Below are positions 18,918-27,096 of a DNA stretch of 64,000 nucleotides, piece after piece. The notes beneath the pieces are model-generated. The model was not told the origin of the DNA, did no database searches, and saw only the letters and a program-made list of their open reading frames with translations. The stretch covers positions 1,696,001 through 1,760,000 of the forward strand of contig OZ242318.1 of the NCBI GenBank assembly GCA_965208105.1. The letters are read 5' to 3'. The position numbers and the translations under genes were made by a program. The stretch comes from Candidatus Latescibacterota bacterium. GTDB taxonomy: Bacteria > Latescibacterota > UBA2968 > UBA8231. Position 1 is the first letter of the stretch; the number at the start of each line of letters is the position of its first letter.

Positions 18918-21905
18918 CTAAATCGCCCTGCCGAACTCGGTGAACCCCACCACACCCCGCACGAAGAGGGACCAGGAATCGAACTCCCTGAAGCGCTGGA
19001 AGTCCTCGTCGAAGTCGGCCTCGTCCCTGCTGATCCCGACGACGGTCGTCAGGTCGTAGCCGAAATAGCGCGACCGGTTGGTCAAGGTCGCGAAAGCAGT
19101 GCGCTGCTCGAAGCTGAAGCGGCTGGCCACCCTGTCCTTGCGCCGGTAGGGAAGCGGACCCCAGCCCTGCAATCCCATCTGCAGCGCGGTGCGGCTGAGG
19201 AGCGCATAGCGCAGGCGCAGAATGGGGATCGATCGGATCTCGTCCTGCAGCTCCAGGTCCCGCTCCCTGTCGCTCAGGCGCAACAGCATGAACTTGAACT
19301 GCGGCGTCGCGCTCAGCTTGCCCCAGCTCCAGGTGTACTCGGCGCGGCTGACCCAGGTCCAGTAGTCCAGCCGGCGCCTCTGCTGGTATAGGCCGCTGTG
19401 GAGCCGCCCGCCCTGCTGCCAGTTGAAGCGAACCCGGAATTTCTGCACCAGATTGAAGGTGGACCAGGGGTTGAGCCTGCCCTCCAGGTAGGTCTCGTTG
19501 ACATAGCTGTCCTGGTAGCGCAGCAGGTCGCTCACGAAGCGGTTGAAGTAGATGGGAGGTCCGTCGCCGAAATAGACCCCCCTGCTGCCTTCATAGAAGA
19601 TGCCGCGGCCGGCGAAATTGTGGATCCGCGGTCCTGGGTCGTCGTCGGTCACCATGTACTCGTCGGCGATGTCGTCCCGGACGCGGCGAAAGTGGTTCTC
19701 GAAAAACAGCCGCCGCAGGCGTTCGACACCCTGCCGCCGGTAGTTGAGCAGGGCATAGGTCGAGCGGTTGCGGCCGTGCCCGGCGATCTGACTTGTGGAA
19801 TAGTGGCCCGCGGCCAGGGACCAGCCCCGGGTGAGGTCCCACTGCCCGAAGAGGTGGTAGCCGCACTGGTCGTAGTCGTAGGGATAGTCCACCTCGCCGT
19901 CGTCCTCGCGCGGGTCCGGCTCGTCGTTGTTGTTGCGGTCGAAGCCGTAGGCGTAGGCGTTGGGCTCCACGTCGTACATCAGGAAGGGCTCGTCGTAGTC
20001 GGGTATCCGGTTGAGATTGCGGTTGGTCTCCGGGATGCCGTCGTTGTCCTCGTCCTGCGCCAGGAACACCCCGTCGGTGTCGAAGCCCAGACCGTCATTG
20101 ATTACGCCGGGAAGATTGCCGAGGCGCCGGTCTGGGTAGCGGTCCCCGTCGTCGTTGTCCTCCACCGTCTGCCAGTAGATGGTCTCGTTGGCCATGCCGA
20201 AAATATTGGTGAAGTACAGGTTAGCCTCCCAGTCCAGGTAGGTGCGCATCTCGGTCTGGAATTCCGGGTTGATGGCGAAATACTCGGCGCCGGCGCGGCC
20301 ACGCTCGAACCAGCGCGTGGCATTGACGAAATAGGCCGCTCCGCGGTCGGCGAAGCGCTCTCCGTCCTCGAAGGAGGGCAGCCCCGCCTCCTGCGCCGGG
20401 TAGCGCGAGTAGAGGCTGGAGCGCGCGTACTCCCCGGTGATCTCCATCCCCGCCAGACGCAGGTTGGCATCGGCGCTGTAGACGAAGTGACCCGTATTCT
20501 CACCGATGTCGATGCGCCTGCGCTTCAGGTTGGAGCCGTCGCGGACGTTGCCTCGGGCGCGCAGAACGGTGCGGTAGAATGTGCTCAGCATGCGCGCTAC
20601 GTAGGTTTTGCCGCTCGGGCTCTGGGTGGACAACAGCGCCACGTCGACCCGGTAGTCGTTGGCCAGGATCGCCTCCACCTGGATTGACTCGACCCGCGGC
20701 TCTCCGGCCACGTTGAAGAGGAAAACCAGTTGCTCCTCGCCGTCTGCATGGAGAGTGGTCCGGGGGGAATCCACCGCCATGTTGTCGAGCAGGACCTCCA
20801 GGTTGGTATCGCCGCTCACGTCGATGCCGGCCTCGTGGTCCAGGTGGTAGAGGTAGTCGGCGTAGAGGGGAATCTCGCGGTCGCGATAGAAGTTGCTGCC
20901 CCACCAACTGCGCCGCGCATTGTAGACGTTGTAGTTGGTGGGGCGAAACTCGCCGGTAGCCTGGGAGAACCTGCCCACCTGGGGACTGATTCCGGCTCGG
21001 TGGCGCACCACATGGGGCACCAGGTCCGGGCGCGCTTCACCGTCGACGACCAGCTGCACCTCCTGCACCACCGCTCCCCCGGTCCCGTCCAGTGGCGAGT
21101 CGTCGGCGAAGCGCACCATGATCCATTCCACCAGCGGCTGGTCCGGACGCAGCCGTCCCTTGAGGCCGTTTCCCGGCCGGGTGCTCTGAAACACGTGCTG
21201 ATTCACCCAGTTCAGGCCCAGTTGCATCCTCCCCAGGTCCGCCTGCAGCCTGCTGCCCAGCAGCAGCACCGAGTCGTCGGCGAAGTGCACGTTTTCCACC
21301 GCCCACACGGGCTTCTCCTCCACGTAGGACTTGGGGCGCTCGACCCGCGACCCCATGGCGGTGAACTGCAGATAGGGGGTCGAGGCATCCAGCCGGACTC
21401 CGTTGAAGTTCACCTTGGACAGGGTCAGAGGCGTGAAGCGGCCCATGAGAGCATCGCCGACGATCAGGCTGTAGCCCCAGTTGCCGTAGCCTTCGCGACC
21501 GATCAACATGCTGTCGAAAAGGGGGATCCACGGTCCCCCCGAGCCCAGTCCCCCGCCCGAATCCTTGAAGATGGCGCTGCCCCACTCCTGGCCGGGGATG
21601 CGGGTCTCCTCCCAAGCGTAGATGGGATAGCCGCTGATCAGATAGTTGCCCATGGGTCCGTAGTAAGCCCGGGGCGCGTCGGCGTAGGGGATGGTGTGGT
21701 CGGGATAGTTAGCGTAGTTGTTCAGGGCGAAGTTGCGGTATGCCGGACGTTCCCAGCGCAGGAAGGGACGGGGCGCCACGGTCTGCTCCAGGGGCAGTTT
21801 CTGCCCTTCGACCGCGAGGGCCCCAAAGACCGCCGCCACGAGCCAGCCTCCCCACCTGAGGGCGCCTCCATCCGTCCCTGTCCTCGGCGGCGGAAATAGT
21901 CGCAT
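18918..21905 (-). CDS. Large secreted/outer-membrane protein, paralog P3
   Basis: ~995 aa (ATG 21905; alternative TTG 21920), same blocks, ends GFTEFGRAI. Confidence 0.85.
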   Translation of the reverse strand: MRLFPPPRTGTDGGALRWGGWLVAAVFGALAVEGQKLPLEQTVAPRPFLRWERPAYRNFALNNYANYPDHTIPYADAPRAYYGPMGNYLISGYPIYAWEETRIPGQEWGSAIFKDSGGGLGSGGPWIPLFDSMLIGREGYGNWGYSLIVGDALMGRFTPLTLSKVNFNGVRLDASTPYLQFTAMGSRVERPKSYVEEKPVWAVENVHFADDSVLLLGSRLQADLGRMQLGLNWVNQHVFQSTRPGNGLKGRLRPDQPLVEWIMVRFADDSPLDGTGGAVVQEVQLVVDGEARPDLVPHVVRHRAGISPQVGRFSQATGEFRPTNYNVYNARRSWWGSNFYRDREIPLYADYLYHLDHEAGIDVSGDTNLEVLLDNMAVDSPRTTLHADGEEQLVFLFNVAGEPRVESIQVEAILANDYRVDVALLSTQSPSGKTYVARMLSTFYRTVLRARGNVRDGSNLKRRRIDIGENTGHFVYSADANLRLAGMEITGEYARSSLYSRYPAQEAGLPSFEDGERFADRGAAYFVNATRWFERGRAGAEYFAINPEFQTEMRTYLDWEANLYFTNIFGMANETIYWQTVEDNDDGDRYPDRRLGNLPGVINDGLGFDTDGVFLAQDEDNDGIPETNRNLNRIPDYDEPFLMYDVEPNAYAYGFDRNNNDEPDPREDDGEVDYPYDYDQCGYHLFGQWDLTRGWSLAAGHYSTSQIAGHGRNRSTYALLNYRRQGVERLRRLFFENHFRRVRDDIADEYMVTDDDPGPRIHNFAGRGIFYEGSRGVYFGDGPPIYFNRFVSDLLRYQDSYVNETYLEGRLNPWSTFNLVQKFRVRFNWQQGGRLHSGLYQQRRRLDYWTWVSRAEYTWSWGKLSATPQFKFMLLRLSDRERDLELQDEIRSIPILRLRYALLSRTALQMGLQGWGPLPYRRKDRVASRFSFEQRTAFATLTNRSRYFGYDLTTVVGISRDEADFDEDFQRFREFDSWSLFVRGVVGFTEFGRAI

Positions 21906-22103
21906 AACCTCTATATACAAAATGCAGATGGATAATCCAACAGAAAAGGCGGCGGCTCGCGGTTCGAGGTGCGGAGGGTGTCACGGGCAGGCCTGAACGG
22001 GCGCCCCGCCAACTCCTGGCCCCAAAGGAATGCGCAGACCGAGGGCAGCCCCGGATGAGGGAATTCCCCGTTGGGAGGATCCGCGCGGGATGGTGCCCGG
22101 GGC

Positions 22104-25028
22104 CTAGAGGGGCCGGCCGAACTCGCTGAAACCCACGATGCTGCGCACGAAGAAGGTCCAGGAATCGAACTCTCTGAAGCGCTGGATTTCCGCCTCGAAG
22201 TCCTTCTCGTCCCTCTTCGCCCCCACCGTGGTCATCAACTCGTAGCCGAAGTACCTGGTGTAGTTGGTGAGGGTCGCGAAGACGGTGCGCTGGTCGAAAC
22301 TGTTGCGCACGGCGACCCGGTCCCTGCGCTGGTAGGGCAGCGGTCCCGCACCCTGCACCCCGAATTTCAGGATCGTCCGCGGCAACAGGGCGTAGTCCAG
22401 ACGCAGAATGGGGATCGAGCGCATCTCGTCCAGGAAGTCGCGGCCCAGGTCGCGGTCGGTGGAGCGCAGGAGCATGAATTTGTACTGTGGGGTCAGGCTC
22501 AATCTTCCCCAGTTCCAGGTGTAGTCGGTGCGGCTCACCCAGGCCCAGAAGTCGAGCCGGCTGCGGCGCTGAAAAATTCCGGGACGCAGCTCCCCTCCCC
22601 GCTGCCAGTTGAAGCGCAGGCGGAATTTCTCCACCACGTTGAGCCCGGGCCAGAGCCTGAATCTCCCCTCGAGGTAGGTCTCGTTGACGTAGCTGTCCTG
22701 GTAGGGCATCAGGTCGGCGACGATGGTGCTGCTGAAGATGGGAGGCCTGTCCTGTCCGAAGAATTCCACCGTATTGGGGGCGCTGAGTCCGCGGAATGAG
22801 AACAGGTTCGACCGATCCGGGAGTTCGTCCAGGACCACGTAATCGTCCGGGATGTCGTCTTCGACCCGGCGCAGTCCGGTCTCGAAGAAGAGCCGCTGCA
22901 GGCGCTCTATTCCCCGGCGCTGGTAGGTCAGCAGGGCATAGGTGGAGCGGGTGCGCCCGTGTCCGGCGGTCTGCGCCGTGGCGTAATGGCCCGCCGCCAG
23001 GGACCAGTGCCCTCCCAGATCCACCTGTCCGAAGAGGTGATAGCCGCGCTGGTCGGGATCGTAGGGATAATCGTCCTGGGTATCGTCCTCGCGCTGGTCA
23101 GGCTCGTCGTTGTGGTTGCGGTCGAGACCGTAGACGTAGACGTTGGGCTCCACGTCGTACATCAGGAATGGCTCCTCGAAGTCGGGGAGGAAGTCGCCGT
23201 CGCGGTTGACCTCCGGCAGGCCGTCGTTGTCCTCGTCCTGGGCCAGGGTCACCCCATCCAGGTCATAGTCCTGGCTGTCGTTGGTGAATCCCACCAGGTT
23301 GCCGACGCGGCGGTCGGGGAAGCGGTCGCCGTCGTCGTTGTCCTGCACCAGGTCCCAGTAGACCATGTCGTTGTACAGGCCCATGAACGGGCCATTCCAT
23401 AAACTGACCTCCCGGAGCATGTAGGTCCGCATGGTGGTGCTGAAGTCCGGGTTGATCGAAAACCACTCGGCCCCCGCCCGTCCGCGCCCGAACCAGTGCA
23501 GGGCATTGATGTACCAGGCCGAGCCATGCTGCGAGAAAGGTGGGGCTTCATCGAATAGAGGCTGGCCCTCCTGCTGGCCCGGGTAGCGCGAGTAGAGGGC
23601 GGAGCGCCCGTATTCTCCCGTGATCTCGAGGCCGGGCAGCGCCAGCTTCACATCGGCGCTGTAGGTGAAGATGCCGGTATTTTCCCCCACCTTGAAGCGC
23701 ACCCGCCGCAAATTGGACATATCGCGCACGTTGCCCTCCGCGCGCAGCGCGGTCCGGTAGAAGGTGGTCAGATAGCGGGCATGGTAGGTTCTGCCCCGGG
23801 GGTCCTGATCGTTCAGCATGGCCACCTCCACCCGGTAGTCGTCGGCCAGAAGGGCCTCCACTTCCACCGACTCGACCCGCCTTTCGGCGCTGACGTCGAA
23901 AAGGAAGACCAGGTTGTCTTCGCCGTCGGCGCGCAGCAGTCCCCCTGGCGATTCCACCTGGATATTCTCCACCAGGCTTTTCAGGTTGGTGGCCTTGCTC
24001 ACGTCGATGCCGGCCTCGTGGTCCAGGCGGTAGAAATAGTCCGAGTAGAGGGGAATCTCGTCACGGTCCCGGTAGAAGAGCCTGGCGCCGCGAAAGGCCG
24101 TATAGTTCTGGGCGCGGAAGCGGCCGGTGGCCTGCAGCACCGATCCCACCTGGGGGGTGAGGCCGCCCCGGTGGCGCACCACCTGCGGAACCAGGTCCGG
24201 GCGCAGCTCGCCGTTGACCACCAGCCGCACCTCCTGCACTGCGGCTCCCCCCAGGCCGTCCCGCGGCGAATCGTCCGAGAAACGCACCACGATCCAGTCC
24301 ATCAGGGGCTGGTCCGGACGCAGCCGCCCCTTGAGGCTGTTTCCGGGCTGGGTGCTCTGGTAGATATGGGAGTTCGCCCCGTTCAACCCCATTCGAAGGA
24401 TCCCCAGGTCGAACTGCAGGCGGCTGCCCAGAAGCAGAACCGAGTCGTCGGCATAGTGGGTCTTTTCGATGGCCCAGGGAGCCGGCACCTCCTGGTAGTT
24501 GTGCGGGCGCTCGATGCGCGAGGCCATTCCGGTCAACTGCAGCCTGGGAGTGGAAAGGTCCATCCGCATGCCGTTGAAATTCGTCCTCGACAAGGTCAGG
24601 GGAGAGAGGCGAGCGACCATTCCATCCCCCACCATCAGGCTGTAGCCCCAATTGCCGTAGCCGTCCCGTCCCACCACCAGGGCGTCGTAGACTTTTTCCC
24701 AGATGAGCTGGTACATCTCGTTGGGCTTGTAGATGGAGCTGCCGAATTCCTGTCCGGGGAAGCGGGTCTCCTTCCAGCTGTAGAGGTCGTAGCCGGAGAT
24801 GAGGAAGTCGCCCATGGGCCCGTAGTAGGCGCGCGGCGAGTCTTCGTAGGGAATGGTATGGTTGGGATAGTTGACGTAGGGGCGCAGGGCGAAATTGCGG
24901 TAGTCCGGCCGCTCCCAGCGCAGGAAGGGGCGCGCCGTGGGTATCTCCTCGGCTCCCCCGGTGCGCGACTCTTCGGCATGGGAGCCGGCCCCCGAAAGCA
25001 GCAGGGCAAGGGCCAATCTCCAGCGCAT
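22104..25028 (-). CDS. Large secreted/outer-membrane protein, paralog P4
   Basis: Start moved to MRWRLALALLLSGAGSHA signal peptide (ATG 25028); same blocks, ends GFSEFGRPL. Confidence 0.85.
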   Translation of the reverse strand: MRWRLALALLLSGAGSHAEESRTGGAEEIPTARPFLRWERPDYRNFALRPYVNYPNHTIPYEDSPRAYYGPMGDFLISGYDLYSWKETRFPGQEFGSSIYKPNEMYQLIWEKVYDALVVGRDGYGNWGYSLMVGDGMVARLSPLTLSRTNFNGMRMDLSTPRLQLTGMASRIERPHNYQEVPAPWAIEKTHYADDSVLLLGSRLQFDLGILRMGLNGANSHIYQSTQPGNSLKGRLRPDQPLMDWIVVRFSDDSPRDGLGGAAVQEVRLVVNGELRPDLVPQVVRHRGGLTPQVGSVLQATGRFRAQNYTAFRGARLFYRDRDEIPLYSDYFYRLDHEAGIDVSKATNLKSLVENIQVESPGGLLRADGEDNLVFLFDVSAERRVESVEVEALLADDYRVEVAMLNDQDPRGRTYHARYLTTFYRTALRAEGNVRDMSNLRRVRFKVGENTGIFTYSADVKLALPGLEITGEYGRSALYSRYPGQQEGQPLFDEAPPFSQHGSAWYINALHWFGRGRAGAEWFSINPDFSTTMRTYMLREVSLWNGPFMGLYNDMVYWDLVQDNDDGDRFPDRRVGNLVGFTNDSQDYDLDGVTLAQDEDNDGLPEVNRDGDFLPDFEEPFLMYDVEPNVYVYGLDRNHNDEPDQREDDTQDDYPYDPDQRGYHLFGQVDLGGHWSLAAGHYATAQTAGHGRTRSTYALLTYQRRGIERLQRLFFETGLRRVEDDIPDDYVVLDELPDRSNLFSFRGLSAPNTVEFFGQDRPPIFSSTIVADLMPYQDSYVNETYLEGRFRLWPGLNVVEKFRLRFNWQRGGELRPGIFQRRSRLDFWAWVSRTDYTWNWGRLSLTPQYKFMLLRSTDRDLGRDFLDEMRSIPILRLDYALLPRTILKFGVQGAGPLPYQRRDRVAVRNSFDQRTVFATLTNYTRYFGYELMTTVGAKRDEKDFEAEIQRFREFDSWTFFVRSIVGFSEFGRPL

Positions 25029-25298
25029 GAACCTGGACAGAAAGGACGCGATCGCGAAATTTCCGGTTATGTGCTCAGAATTACGTGCCAAACCCGTTCT
25101 TTTCGAAATCTGGCTTCCGAGGCAGGGTCTTCCGTCAGATATACAGGAACAGGCATCGGGCAACCCCGCGATTCCGGGAACCTTAATTCCGAGGAATCGA
25201 TCAGAAAGGGTAAATTTAGAAAAACCCGGGGGAAGCGACAATTCCTCCCAGGCAACTCCTTCCCGAATGAACGGGGATCGAGTCAGGCCCTTTCCCGC

Positions 25299-25327
25299 TT
25301 GCACCTGCCAGCAAGCGAGCCTATAAT
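25299..25327 (+). promoter_or_regulatory. sigma70-type promoter for the ThDP enzyme gene
   Basis: TTGCAC-N17-TATAAT about 90 bp upstream of ATG 25420. Confidence 0.65.
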
Positions 25328-25419
25328 GTCTGCAGAGGCACGGTCGGACCGCTTCGGCGCACGGTTTTCCGGCCGGAAAAGGCAAGTGAGACCGAAACCT
25401 ACCGTGAGGAAAATTTGAA

Positions 25420-27084
25420 ATGACCAGGGCCGCAGCTCAGGCAGACTCCACCGAAGCCATGGTGGCCGGCGATGTCGCGCGCGCCCTCAGGCGCAATCGC
25501 GTCCCCTACCTCTTCGGCATGCCGGGAGGGGGCAGCTCCATCGATCTCATCGAGGCCTGCCGCCTACAGCAAATTCCCTTTGTCCTGGTTCAGCACGAAA
25601 CTTCGGCGGCGATGATGGGGGTGGTGTGCGGCGAACTCACCCGGTCCTGCGGGGTATGCGTCTCCATCATGGCAACGGGCGCAATCAATCTGGCCGGCGG
25701 TGCCGTATACGCCTACCTGGAGCGGCATCCCCTGCTCTGCATCGCCGAGACCTATGGGGCGGAAGAGGCTCCCTTGATGTCGATCCAGAAGATCGACCAC
25801 GCCCGCACCTTCTCGTCCTACAGCAAGGACACCATCGCGTTGCACCAGGAGCAGCCGGGTGGCCAGATCGACGCGGCCATCGAACTGGCCAAACTGGAGA
25901 GACCGGGCCCCGTCTTCGTCGACTACCCGCAGACCATGAACTCCGCCCCCGGGGCAGGGACTACCGCCGCGGTGAGAGAGGCAGCCTCGCCCCCATTACC
26001 CGTAGAAGGCGACCTGGAGGGCGACCCCGAGGCCATGGCCGCCGCCATCGCCAGGGCGGAGAAGCCCCTGATCATAGCCGGGCCGGTGGTCGCGCGCCAG
26101 CAGGCCTCAGACCAGTTGCTGGCCCTGGCCGAGAAGCTGCAATGCGGCGTCATGGTGACATCCAAGGCCAGGGGAGTGGTTCCCGAGGACCACCCCCTCT
26201 ATGCCGGGGTCATGTCCGGAGTCTACCGCGAGGAGACCCTCGAGGGCCGCATGGTGGGCCAATGCGACCTGGTGCTTGCGGTCGGGCTGGACCGCATGGA
26301 GCTGCTGTCGCCCTGGAAGTACCGCCAGACCCTCCTGGCCCTCGACGCCATCCGGGTTACCGACGAGACCGTGGGCGAACCCGACCTGGTGGCCGCGGGG
26401 CCGCTCGCTCAACTGCTGGAAGCACTGGCGCGATCAACACCTGCGCGCACCGCCTGGTCGACGGAAGAGATCCGCGACTACTGGGCCGAGGCCATGCGCG
26501 ACCTGGGGGCCCAGCAGGCGGGGCTCACCGCCACCGCGGTGTTGCAGCGGGCCCGGCAGATGGCGCCGCGCGACGCCATCCTCACCACCGAGGCGGGCAT
26601 CTACGGGCGGGTGAACCTGTACGCCTGGAAGGTCTACGAGCCGGGCACCTGCTTCGACTCCAGCGGCGCCAACACCATGGGATTCTCGGTTCCGGCGGCC
26701 CTGGCCGCGGCCCTGGTGCGGCCGCAACAGAAGGTTATCGCCCTGGTGGGAGACGGCGGGTTTCTCATGCGCGCCGGCGAGCTCGAAACGGCTGCGCGCC
26801 TCAAGGTCGCACCGGTGATCGTCATCTTCGACGACGGCACCATGGGCATGATCCGCATCAAGCAGCGCGCCCGGGGCTACGCCCGCGAGGGGGTGGACAT
26901 GGAGCAGACCGATTTCGTCCGCCTGGCGGAAAGCTTCGGGGGGGTCGGGTGCATGGTCCGCAGCCTGGAGGAATTCGAGACCGCCTTCGGCCGGGCGCTG
27001 CAGTCGGACCGGCTCCACGTCATAGACGTCCGCGTCGACGCCGACCTCTACGCCTCCCACATCAAGCCCATCCGGGGATTGTAG
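25420..27084 (+). CDS. Thiamine pyrophosphate-dependent enzyme (acetolactate synthase large subunit-like)
   Basis: FGMPGG, HETSAAMM catalytic Glu, PGPVFVD, TMGFSVPAA, GDGGF ThDP motif. Confidence 0.9.
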   Translation: MTRAAAQADSTEAMVAGDVARALRRNRVPYLFGMPGGGSSIDLIEACRLQQIPFVLVQHETSAAMMGVVCGELTRSCGVCVSIMATGAINLAGGAVYAYLERHPLLCIAETYGAEEAPLMSIQKIDHARTFSSYSKDTIALHQEQPGGQIDAAIELAKLERPGPVFVDYPQTMNSAPGAGTTAAVREAASPPLPVEGDLEGDPEAMAAAIARAEKPLIIAGPVVARQQASDQLLALAEKLQCGVMVTSKARGVVPEDHPLYAGVMSGVYREETLEGRMVGQCDLVLAVGLDRMELLSPWKYRQTLLALDAIRVTDETVGEPDLVAAGPLAQLLEALARSTPARTAWSTEEIRDYWAEAMRDLGAQQAGLTATAVLQRARQMAPRDAILTTEAGIYGRVNLYAWKVYEPGTCFDSSGANTMGFSVPAALAAALVRPQQKVIALVGDGGFLMRAGELETAARLKVAPVIVIFDDGTMGMIRIKQRARGYAREGVDMEQTDFVRLAESFGGVGCMVRSLEEFETAFGRALQSDRLHVIDVRVDADLYASHIKPIRGL

Positions 27085-27096
27085 ACGGAATCCAAC

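Noticed and set aside
15814-18921. 1035-aa plus-strand ORF fully antisense to P2 (and similar long antisense ORFs over P3-P5 and many other genes)
   Set aside because: Shadow of high-GC3 codon usage; V/A/G/H-rich low-information translation, and broken by stops in the other paralogs
25029-25385. N-terminal extension of P4 (1093-aa call)
   Set aside because: No homology to the other paralogs; covers the divergent promoter region
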